From NCBI GenBank assembly GCA_022813865.1, contig JALDZX010000010.1:124001-188000 (forward strand): DNA of 64,000 bases, written 5' to 3'. The notes under the pieces were generated by a model. It was not told the DNA's origin. It made no database searches and saw only the letters and a list, made by a program, of their open reading frames with translations. The stretch comes from Xylographa opegraphella. Lineage: Eukaryota. Position 1 is the stretch's first letter, and the number at the start of each line of letters is the position of its first letter. The position numbers and the translations under genes are program-made. Shown piece after piece: positions 25,836 through 37,428 of the stretch.

Positions 25836-26164
25836 TACCAGCAAAGCTGTAGTCGTGAAGTTGTGGGTTGTCGTTGGATGCTGTCATAGAAAAGGGTGTT
25901 ACGATCTTGTTTACTTTAGGTCTAGTGGCTTATCAATGTATTCTCAACCATGAGGTACCCAAAGGTTGAACTACTGTGCGTTTCAAAGGCTCCTGACAAT
26001 ATCTCAAGTGCTCGAACTCGTATTATGGCAACGTAATTGGAAATCACACCGCTATCACGAAAAGATACTTCGATTAAAGGAGACCTCGAAGCTCATTGTA
26101 TTCGTTGCTCAGTCCCTCTCGTAAATAATTACATCTCTACTGAAAGCTGACAAAAGCCTTTTCA

Positions 26165-27918
26165 TCAACATCTAGTCTCCACGCCCTTCTTGCTAATAGT
26201 GAGATATTTGACTCCTTTCACAGGCTTCACTCCTTCGCCGAGGCCCCTACTTTTGCGCAAGTCGAGGTTAAGAGACTCGACCTTGATACCGCTCGCCAGC
26301 CAACCCTTGACACTGAAACTAGCAGAAGCAGAAGAAGGCATCAACGGGGCATTCATTTGTACCTTCCGTGCATCCTTTTGCTCCTGCTGCTCTTTCGTAA
26401 TTTCTGGACGTGGTGGCTCTGTGGTAGAAGACTGGTATGCATCTTCCTTCTCATCATATTCACCGTTTGCTGCGTCGAATCGGAAGCCATTACCCATATT
26501 CTCTTCGTCTTCTTCACTGAGTGGTCCGACTACTGTGCAACGAAGAGTGGCATTTCCGGCTATGGACGCCGCTTTTGTCGAAATGCGCCATTCCACGAGA
26601 TTGTCTGTTGGTGTAAATTGGGCTTCTCCACGGCTGGCGCGGAGATCAGTAATGTTGCGGACCATTTCAGGCATGGGAATGGTGATAACGACATCCTGCA
26701 GTAATGGCGCTGCGGATGACCCCCCTCCACCAAAGAATGGGGTTGACTTTCCAGAACCACGCGAAGCAGGACCTGGGCGTGATGAAGAAGAGGATGATGA
26801 CGAGGACGCAGTAAAGAGTGATGAGATCAAAAGGCGGACTTCGAAATCGGACCCTGTTGGGCCTAGCGAGGTCAAGACCTCGATAGTAGCAGGAAGATTG
26901 AGATTTTTGATGGTCCGCGAGATTAGACTTGTCGACGGCAAGAGGTTAACTTCGTAGCCAGCCAGCATGAATTTTCCGTCGGGAGGGACGAAACTCAATT
27001 CCCCAGGGTTTTCTCTCCAACGAGCTAGTCGAACACACGGATGGAAGACTGGCAGCTCGAAGACTTTGTCGACTGCTTGCTTTCCTCCAGGAACCGACAA
27101 AGTAAGAAGAAGATCAGGTACTCCTGAGATCTTTGATGTAAAGGCAATCGAACCATTCGCAAAAGCTGCCAAAGGTCGCCCACTTGGAGCGAGTGTCACA
27201 GATAATGTCTCAATTATGTCAACATAGAGCTCGTTGCTCGTGTAACGAACGTTCGCTCGGCGCCAGGGAATAGCAGGCCCACTCGTGGCAGGATTAGTCA
27301 GTGGTGGTCTCAAGCCCCCAGATGGAAGAATGGCTGGCGAAGAACTGCAGTTACCATCAGCTACCAACGTCACGATACTCTCTGAATCGCAAGGTACATA
27401 CCCAGGTAATCCCACGCCCCCAAGCAGCTTGTCGACCCACCGTGGTACATCCACAACATCTCTCAATGCATTTGGTTCTGTGTTGCAAACACTTCCAGCA
27501 TCACACATCTCCCCGAGTAATTGCGCAACCACATCGTAATTGCCCTCGATTTTACTGGCTAGCAAAGGTGCCCCAAGAAAGTCCTCTAACACATCAACAA
27601 GTCTGTGGAGGAATTCAAGTACGAAAAGCGGTTCCGTATCACTTGATGCAGGAACTAGAAACAACACATTTGGCTGGACCAGGGAAAACAGAGTTGTCTG
27701 TGGATTGGTATTAGGAAGATAGATCACGGAAGGTCGAGGTGCGGCATGTGCAAGATAGGGTAGGAGGACGGTCCGAGCAGGTGCCGGTCTCGATCGGTAG
27801 ACATGCTCGAGGATGGAATCGCTGCCCGGCAGGTATTAGTATCATGCTACGAAAGTACTTGAAGCACATACTTGTGCTGATTGAAAATGTAAAGCGCCTC
27901 GATGGCGCTGCTGATCAT
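26165..27918 (-). CDS. APM3: AP-3 adaptor complex mu subunit
   Basis: Exons 27918-27872, 27821-27402, 27344-26165. Motifs EPLFVLEFLHR, NYDVVAQLLGEMCDAG, IPWRRANVRYTSNELYVD, FHPCVR, SFVPPDGKF, KGVKYLT. Confidence 0.9.
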
Positions 27919-28095
27919 CGTGTGAGCATGATGTGCAGAGACACACCTTTTAAAGGTGTTTGACGAATCCTTGTTCGTGATTCTGGTCGCCAGACCTCGG
28001 CACCTTGTTTCCCCGAGCCAATCACCGAGCTCATATAAAGACTCTACGAATACTGCACTGGGTCACAGCAATATCCATTAGTGTCAGGACGAAGT

Positions 28096-28455
28096 ATGGC
28101 TCGCGAGTCTCTACCATCCGACAAAGCTTCTTTGTACCAGCTCCAACAACCAGAAAAGCTTCACACTGTTCTGAAGCAAGACAATCCGGAAGACTGCCTG
28201 TCATGTCGTATGACAGGTTTGCAATTACTCAGACTTAGCGCGTAGCAAATGGTACCTGCTGATGATATTCTAGGAGCTGCTGCATTCATTGGCCTTGGAG
28301 CTTACAGCTATTACTCTGGCCAGAATCAACTACAATTACAGAGAGCTGCCATTCTAAAGAGCGGCTCTAGATTCGGAATGAAATCACGGCAGGCCGGGAT
28401 AACAGGCATAGCCATGGCATTCGTCGGGATGGGCCTATGGAGACTAGTTAATTGA
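28096..28455 (+). CDS. Small mitochondrial membrane protein, DUF4536/DMAC1-like
   Basis: Exons 28096-28216 and 28274-28455 give EDCLSCRMTGAAAFIGLGAYSY (CxxC) plus two hydrophobic helices ending GMGLWRLVN. Confidence 0.8.
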
Positions 28456-28565
28456 GCAACCAATATATGCCTCCAAGTCGCGTTGCCCATGTGGATCGAG
28501 TGCGGTCGAGCATGCCAGCCGAGAACTTGCCGAATGTTGATGGTCAAGGAAACTCCTGGGACCAG

Positions 28566-29888
28566 TCAGCCTGCCAGTTTTTCAACTCTTCCCAGTCCTT
28601 CTTCGGCTCTTTCAACGCCTTCACGAAAGCTTATGGCTTGACTCAATCCTTTTGCCTCCTCATATCGCCTTCTCGCCTCCGCAATATCTCCATCCATTTC
28701 TGCAAATTCACCCAGATTGTGGGTCGCTACTGCACAACCTACATCGCATTCTTCGTTTCTTTCGGGTGGCTTGATACCTCCTGCAATAGAAAGAGACTTT
28801 TGCGCCCATGTCCGAGCAGATGAAACAAGGGCCGGGCGAGAAGGTGGAGGGACTGTCGCTGTGGGCGGTGGAATCTGTTGGGCAAGTGATATGGATAGAT
28901 TGTTCATCAAAACAACTGCGTGGCAAGAGGTTTGAGGGAGCAAGGCAAGGCATTGTAAATAGAGTGGAGTCGCGAGGTAGTGCATATCCTTCTGCTCGTA
29001 GTGATTTGCGAGCGCTAAATCGGATTAGATCACTTGTAAAGTATCTGGTTCTTCGGTATGACTTACATTCCAGTGCGCCGCCCATCTCTTCGTTGCTCAT
29101 CCATGGCCCTTCGCCGTCCAATGTTCCTTCATCTTCCCTCCTCTTTTGCTCCTTCAGTGCGATCTCTACCCCCTCTATCAAATTATTTCCGGCGGTGTCT
29201 TTGTCTGCAATGTATTCATTCGCATAGAGATCGCCTAACTTAACACTAATGGCTACTGTCTTTGCCAGAACCCTTGTTCTATCCGCTTGACGACCTTCCT
29301 GCTTCCCAGTCGTTTGTAACCACTTCTTGCAATCCGCTCGCACTATTTCAAGTATATCGATAGCTTTCTGATGTTGGTTCACTTTCTCCAGAAAGCCAGC
29401 TAAGGCTATTTTCGTTCCCAGGATCTCATCGCTAAAGGGGTCCATGCCGATTTCATCCGCAACTGCAAGTGCTTGGCGATAGTAGTCAACTGCTTTCTTC
29501 GGGTTGACATCTTGATTGGAGTAAAAAAGAGCACGTCGCAACTTGTTGGCTACGGGTTCTGGAAAATTGTGAAGATTGGCAACTATGTAGGTATTATAAA
29601 CATATGTCGTGTAAAGAAGAGATCCAGCTCCAGTAACGATTCTGCACAAGACGGTCAGCATGAGAGAAAAGCACAGCAACAGCCTGCTTACAGAAAACAT
29701 GCTAAAGAAAAAGAGAAAGGGTATTCCTGGAAGAGCTTCTTTGCAGCAGCTCTTGTGCTAATTTGGCGAGATTGAGCTTTGCTGTGTTGCGAAACTCGGG
29801 AAAGCAAGGGAAAGCGGAAGTGGTTTTCACATTGGATCCTGCGCCGACTGACATGATGCAGAGCTCGAGGAATGGATCTGGCAAACAT
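28566..29888 (-). CDS. MGR3: Mitochondrial TPR protein, Mgr3-like (i-AAA protease adaptor)
   Basis: Exons 29888-29692, 29641-29067, 29014-28566. Presequence plus one TM segment, then NFPEPVANKLRRAL, MDPFSDEILG, TPR helices, CHAVVLMNN and CAVATHNLG. Confidence 0.78.
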
Positions 29889-30110
29889 TGTAACGGAGGT
29901 TGATATGCATCCGAAGATGAACACAACAATGTATGATAGGTAGCTTTACAGCATAGGCAATGGAAACGGTTACAAGCGCGAAGTCCTATGACGTAGCCTA
30001 TGTATGGGGAAGCGTTCCCGCAAAAGAGCTTCCCAGCGAGCATCATTCCGCCCGCATTTAAACAATTGGACCATGCTTCCATCTCGAATCCTGCGGCAGG
30101 GAAAAGCAGT

Positions 30111-31543
30111 ATGTGTGGACGATATGCGCTTGGTATAGTGCGTTATTAATTCCGATCATGATAAACACGGAGCTGATAGCTCGCGAAGAGGGCATCATTT
30201 GTTAGACATCAACTCCAGAACCATGGAATGCCTGTCGACGAGGCGCCTGAAGACGATGAGGTCCGTGAATCATATAATTTTGCTCCAGGATACCATGGAC
30301 TTATCTACAGAGCTGATGTGCCTGATTACGGGGCGGGTCCACGACATGGCAACCCTGAACATGGAGAGCAGACAGAGGAAGAAGCTTCGATGCAGCCGGA
30401 GAATCAAGGCGAGACAAGGTATAAACTTCAAGCTATGAAATGGGGTAAGTTTAGATCTCCTAAGTACTAAAGATCGAATATCGAGCATAATCTTACATGA
30501 GCTGATACAATATCCAGGCCTGGTTCCATTCTGGACCAAGCGGAATCCTGACTATGGCGCCGTGATGAAGACAATAAACGCTCGCGATGATTCTCTCGCA
30601 GAGAACCGGGGTATGTGGAATACAATGAAGCAGAAGAAACGGTGTATCATTGTGGCTCAGGGCTTCTACGAGTGGTTGAAGAAGAATGGCGGGAAGGAGA
30701 AAGTGCCGCACTACATGAAGAGGAAAGACGACCAACTCATGTGTTTTGCAGGAATGTGGGACTGCGTGCAGTATGAAGGTAAGGGAGTCCCATCTCTGAT
30801 CTGCGACTGTATACTCACTTTATGCAGGAACTGAAGAAAAGCATTACACTTACACTATAATCACGACAGACTCGAACAAGCAGCTGAAATTCCTACACGA
30901 TCGTATGCCAGTGATTCTCGAGAATGGCTCTGAGCAAATTCGAACGTGGCTTGATCCTAATCGGTATAAGTGGTCCAAAGAATTGCAAGCACTGCTAAAA
31001 CCGTTCGAGGGCGAGCTGGAATGCTATCCTGTGAGTCGAGAAGTAGGAAAAGTCGGCAATAATTCTCCAGCATTCATCGTACCTGTTGCAAGTTCGGAGA
31101 ACAAAAACAATATCGCCAACTTTTTTTCCAATTCGAAAGTATCCCCGAAAAGAGGAAAGCTAGAGCCTCAAGCGAAGTCAAAATCTGAGACAAGGGAAGA
31201 TTTAGGTTTTGATATTAAGGACGAGGACGGCCGTATCACAGTGGACAAGCCGAGCACAGAGGACAATGCACCTCTACCGGTACCTGTGTCAGAGGTTGCG
31301 GGATTCAAGAGAGAACGAGAGAATGATGAGAGCGAAGATGACGATGTGATGGGGATCACCAACGGTGCCCCGTTGAAAAAAGTACCAAAGTCAGAAACAC
31401 TGTCTGCAACTCGTACGACCAATGATGCAAGGGAGAAAGTTCAAAGCAAGAGAAAGACTCGAAGTGCCACCAGTAATGGAACGACTATTCCTCCCAAAGC
31501 CAGCGATGGAAGTCAGAGGATTACGAACTTCTTCAGCAAATGA
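30111..31543 (+). CDS. SRAP-domain abasic-site protection protein (HMCES/YedK, DUF159)
   Basis: Exons 30111-30137, 30189-30444, 30518-30778, 30828-31543. N-terminal MCGRY (catalytic Cys2), YNFAPG, MKWGLVPFW, INARDD, GFYEW, FAGMWD, LHDRMPVIL, YPVSREVG. Confidence 0.93.
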
Positions 31544-33059
31544 ATTGCTTGGACGCATCGCCTTGCAGTTAGTATACATGTAGTGTACTCGTATACGGTG
31601 AGCCTTTGGCGGCTTTCCACCAGACTCAAAGCCGTCAGCCTCTGCAGGGTGTCATCGCATGACTCGGTTCGGTAAAGTGACCTTCAATATGCACTTCATC
31701 GATGAGGACGAGGAAGAGTTGCTATGCGACGGGAGAAGGGTTTCCGGAGAGCAGCCCTGATTAGGGGATGTGTCGCGAAAGCAAATTTGGTGCGCAGTGC
31801 CCATGACGGAGGTTGCCGTGTTACATGCAGGAGTAGAAGTGGCCTTGGAAGGTGTGGTGAACGGAATACTGCTTGAGAATACCTCTGGAACGAATGATCG
31901 TGCTTGATGAGAAGGGCTGAAAGATGAGGTGTCACCAATGAGACGAGGGAAAGGCGCACAACGCACTGCAACCAAGCCGTCACTTTGCAGCCAAGTCCTT
32001 GGCTCGAAGCGTACGACTAAGCGCTGCGCAGACTGCATGCCATCGTTCTCTTGTTCTTGTTCTCGTCTACTCATCATCCTCCGCGCGACTGCCAACATAA
32101 GGGCCGGCTCATGACTAACGAGCTGTACATTCCGCACACACCGGTCGCAAGGAGGAAGTGGACCGCTCAGAAACGAGGCCACAGGACGTTGACGGATGTT
32201 GGTCTCGACAAGTAGCAGCACTCTAATAGCCGCCGGATCATGCAGCCTGCCACGCTTCTGTCATGTTCAGGTGGTCAAAGAACGGCCTTCCCATGTCGTA
32301 GTATCCGGACCAGCTCCGGCAACACCTTGAAATCATTCTTTAGTCGCTCCACCATCCCTTCCATGAATCGCACCCAGCCCTGCTTCCCATGACACCCGCG
32401 ATTGAAACGTGAGCGAGGTTGGTTGTGTTGAATGAGCTCCAGGGTCGGGGACTGGATGCCCCAAACTCCTCAATCCTTGCCCTAACCGTGGGCGTCTGGC
32501 CATGCACGCCGGCCACGGGCATACCGTACGCTGTGTAACGCCAAAGGGCCGAGCAGGAACCCCATGCGGCTAACGGTCTGGTCGGCCCTGCGATGTGTAC
32601 CTCTGCTGCGCGTTAGTGGACCAGTTGCGGCCGTTAGCCAGTCCTATTGCCTGCGGCACTTTGCCTACGACCAGGTAGGCGCATCAACAATGCATGACAA
32701 GATATACATAGATTGTGTGGGTGGGTGTGCAACACGTCCGTGCCCCTCCGTCGATAATTTTATTGCCCTGGCTCCATCCTCCATCACAAGGACCTTCGCT
32801 TTTTCCCGAACTGGGCCTTGTTATATTCCACAATCAGTATATCTTATGAGTGACAATAATGCTATTAGCTTTGTCGTTGCCCGGGAATCCCGCGTACCAC
32901 TGTCTGCGGTCACCACCGTTGCCATCGCCCACTGTCCACGGTCGACGAGACTCGCGAACCCTAAGCTTCCTTCCGGCTCACTAAGGAAAGGTCCGAGACG
33001 GCTGGTGGCTTCATGTGGCTTTGTGACTGCTGCTTCAAACTTGTACTAGTATTGTAATC

Positions 33060-35818
33060 ATGTTTACTTCTCAAAGCGTCAGAGGGCAGTTGCCGACGTT
33101 TGACACGAAGCGGGCTTTGGTTGTTCTGAACTTGCAAAACTCGTCGTTTGATAGCTGGGATGATTTTGCAGTTTGTGAGCCGCGCAACTTCGTCGAGAAT
33201 ATCAAACGAGTGATACCGGTCTTCCGGCGCGCTGGGGAAATAGTTTGGGTGCGAACGGAATTTGATGATGGCGAAAGTGCTGCCACTTCTCCGGTATCCA
33301 CGAATGGCAGCATTGGCACCAGTGTCGAGGGTAGCAAAGCACAGCCTAACGCAGCACCGAGTCCGGATTATGATCGAGCCATGGTTCGTGGGATCATGAC
33401 CCGTGCCACCTATCACCCAACGAGACGAGCCAAAGCAGTAATGCGACACGCATCGGCGAAGACAAGGTCCGAGCAACGGGATGAGCAGCTGGATATTTTC
33501 GTCAACGACGACGACGACGACGCTGATGCCTACCTCTCGAAACCGAGAAAAGGCCAGCCTCCGAGACTTTTCGCTCCAGGAACACCAGGTGTGGCGCTCA
33601 CCGATGACATTCTTCCCTTCGTAGACATGGGACAAGACATGATCATAGTTAAGAATCACTACTCGGCTTTCGATGCTACCCCGTTACTGCTTTCGCTCCG
33701 CATGAAGCTGGTCACACACATATATCTTTGTGGGCTACTGAGTAATGTCTCGATCTATGCGACCGCTGCTGATGCGGTCCGACACGGATTCGAAGTAACG
33801 GTAGTGGAGGATTGTATGGGCTACAGGAGTGAGGCAAAACATTTGGATGCTATGCGGCAAATGGCAGATATACTAGGCGTCTCTGGTATTGACACGGAAG
33901 AAATCATCAGCGAGTTTGGTGGACGAGAGCCACCTGATACAGAAATGCCAATATTTCTCGGTCCAGGCATGGATGGAATTAAACCTCCCTCATTGGTGAC
34001 GGAAGGATATGATCTTGGCAGGTCGCCTCCGGACCTTCATGATGCAAACAGAAGAACGATCAAGCAATACCGCCCTCCAGCAGATAGAGGAATAAATTCA
34101 GCTTCCATTGCCCAATCCATAGAGACGGCTGAGCAGCAATGTGTATCTTCGCGGGAGCGTCCGAGTCCACATGAGTCGCCTGTTCAAGCCAGTAAACTTC
34201 CGGCATCACGAGAAGAACAGGCAGTGTTATCGCCGACACTGACGCCCATTACAGGAGTTAGCTTTGGAGAGTGCGACTCAACAATCATCGCGGATGCGCT
34301 TTCGGCCAGATTGAGCCGAGAGGCATTTGCATTGCTCAAGACGGAGGTGGAGTGGCAAGCGATGAATCATCGCGGTGGAGAAGTTCCGCGAAAAGTGGCC
34401 GTTCAAGGCGAAGTCGGAAAGGATGGCAGCAAGCCAATATATCGACATCCTGCAGATGAATCGCCCCCACTATTACCATTTTCTCCAACTGTTCAGAGAA
34501 TCCGAGAAGAGGTACAAAGGATACTTAAGCAACCTCTAAATCATGCTCTAATTCAACTATATCGAGATGGGCAAGACAATATCTCGGAGCATTCAGACAA
34601 GGTTCGTAGACAGTATCTTGGAGTAAATATGGTAGAACTAACTGTTTTGCCTAGACATTGGATATCGTACGTGACTCTGGCATCGTCAGTGTAAGCCTGG
34701 GTGCCCAACGCACCATGGTTCTGCGGACCAAGAGAGATCAACATTTAAAGAACGGAGGTGCAGCTTCCGGAGGTAGACAAATACAGCGGATCCCGTTGCC
34801 ACATAATTCAATATTCGTATTGGGTCCCCGGACCAACCGTCGTTGGCTGCACGCTATACGCCCCGACAAGCGGGACGCGAGAGAGAAATCAGAGGAAGAA
34901 AAAGCGTCTGATGGCGAGCGTATCTCAATCACTTTCAGAAATATTGGGACTTTCACTGACAAGTACAATCGCAAAATATGGGGCCAAGGCGCAGTTTCAA
35001 AATATAGCATCACTGCTGGGACAGTGTCCACAAACAATAGTACGGAGATGGACGCAATGATTGAGGCCTTTGGGAAAGAGAACCATCAATCCGACTTCAA
35101 CTGGGAAGCAGAATATGGGGAAGGCTTCAATGCTGTGAACCTAGTATCAGACGTCGCTCAAGTCTACCTGTGTCAAGACAGGATAGCGAATCTCCGAGTC
35201 CTACTGTCAGTTCTGGATCGAGACATTCGGTGCGAAGTGAGTCGGACAATGCTCCCTGAAGGACGACGAGGTGCATCGGACATTGAGCTCCTGAAAAAGG
35301 AAAGACCCACCTTCCGAGACAACGACGAGGGCTCTTCCGAAGTCGTGGGCTGCCTCGCCATCCTCTTCTACCTGGACAAATTCTACCCTGTGACACCTTC
35401 CGTCTCGGTCACATCGCGGCAATTGCACCGCCTGAACACGCAAGTCTTCAGTCGCGTGACCCAGGCCAACGAGATCCTCTTCCTGTGGCAGGAACTCCAA
35501 GGCTCCTTGCTCACGGCGTCTACGCAAGGTTCCCACTCCCTCCGGCGGCGACACTCTAACACGCCGGGCAAGCGGGAGAAGAGCGCGGTGGCCGAGTTCG
35601 AAGGCGAGTTGGAGATCTGGGAGGAGTACGCCGAGGAGACGGACTACGTCGGCGGCGACCTCTACGCCATCGTCGACTGCGCCTTCTGGCCCGTCTTGCA
35701 CGATATCGTCCAGCATTGGGATGGGTGGAGCGAGCAGAAGTTTCCCGATCTCGCGGCTTACTATCGGAAGGTGCTGGGCATGAAATCCGTGCAGCAGGCT
35801 TTGGCGAAGATAGCGTAG
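33060..35818 (+). CDS. Isochorismatase-like / AlkB-type 2OG-Fe(II) dioxygenase / GST-like three-domain fusion
   Basis: Exons 33060-34601 and 34655-35818. N-terminal cysteine-hydrolase fold (ALVVLNLQN, IVKNHYSAF, YATAADAVRHG); central NHALIQLYRDGQDNISEHSDKTLD...WLHAIR...RISITFR; C-terminal GST-like (LAILFYL, YVGGDLYAIVDCAFWP). Confidence 0.85.
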
Positions 35819-37428
35819 TGGATAGAGCTGGGAGTACGGAAATGCAGTGGACGTCGTTCAGCCGATGTGCTTGCTCGATGTCTCGTGCGTTGATGTTTGA
35901 TGAATCGAGTGACTCGTGACGATCATCAATTGTACGCAAAATCAGTTTGTCTGACCGTTGTCATCTGCGCAGCTATAATATATAATCCCTAGATATAGGT
36001 CCCATATCACCGTTCTCGTGGCACGGGCAGAGAGGAATCCTCTCCCTTTGATTCCCTAGTCACAGACCCCAGACACGCCGTCAGTCTCCCAAAGCCCACT
36101 CTCACTCGAAGCTATGCAGACACCAAAAAACCACATATTATCGACCATCCGGCCTGCCTTCAACAGACTTTGCTGATCCTCCGTCGTGTGAACCAGTGCT
36201 AGTTCTTCAACGTTACATTGGGCCTGACTGATCCTCAAGAAATCAAGAATGGGAAAAGTCAGGAGGCAGCTCACCTGCTGAAATACAATACCCTTCGAAA
36301 GTGATGAGCTCCTACGGCCTCCTTTGTGTAGACTATATCTAGCGGCTCGCAGAAGGGAAAATCATGCAAGTAGCTAGGCTATAGTAATGCGGTACGGAAG
36401 AAGGATTGAGGTCTGAAAGTTGACACGCATCATACCTGTTACGATCCGTTGTAAAGGGCTTGAGGAACGAGGTCAAAAGAAATGCCAACTGTTGTGTTTT
36501 GTTGTTTCCTACCGCAGGACTTTGCAAAGGTCGATCCGGCCTTTTGGATCATGCCAGATCACCTGACGCCGTGTCCGCAAATGTAGCCAGGCGGATAAAA
36601 TATTCTACTATGCAGCGTGATATCGGGTCGGGAGTGGAATTCATGCGATGAGGGAACCTCTTGAAGAATAACCAGACGGTAGCTATATGAATAGAAATGA
36701 TGGTAAAAGCGGCCAGAAGCCTTCAAGCAGTTACCAGCCGGCTTCGTGGCATCGCTTGATGCTGTACCAGCAAGACTCGAGGTGAAACTAGCAGTCGAGG
36801 GAATACAAAATGTACATTTAATTGGACGAGAATAGCAGTTTGCCCATGTAGTGAGGCACTGTTATCAAACATACAAAGAAGAAGTGACTCGATTTACAAA
36901 ATATGTTTGACCACTTCCAAGGGGACTAAGGGATGTGTGTAGACGAAATAATTAATAATGATAAGTAGAAGATGTTCCCAAACTTTGAACGCATATCGGC
37001 AGGCAGGGATTATTAGCGCTGCCGTAGGTTCTAAGGCAGTCTAGCGCTGTCATGACGCCGGCAGACAGGGGCATGAACGTTATTGTAAAATTGCTATGAG
37101 GGAGAAAATCCCATTCGCACGCGGTGCCGATGTTCGTGTTTCGCCGACGTCCTCTCGGTGTCAGCGAGTGCAAGATCGTCCTGCGAAAATCAGTCATCTG
37201 ATATCCAATGACCTTCACTAACACCAGTCGTTCTTGCCGCCGTTCTTCAAGTGATCTGCAAATGGATGAATGAGTTGTTGACATTTACGTCATACCAGCA
37301 ACCGCGACATCCGAGAGGATGCGCTGGTCTTCATTTTGGGTGTTGACCTTATTATCTACGATGAAATATCTCCCTAACAACTCCTACAACCCTCAATCGT
37401 AGCAGGAGTTGATACCACGCCGGGCACG

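Noticed and set aside
31652..32221. 189-aa minus-strand ORF between SRAP and the fusion gene
   Set aside because: No recognisable motifs, a non-ATG start and low-complexity composition; probably a spurious ORF.
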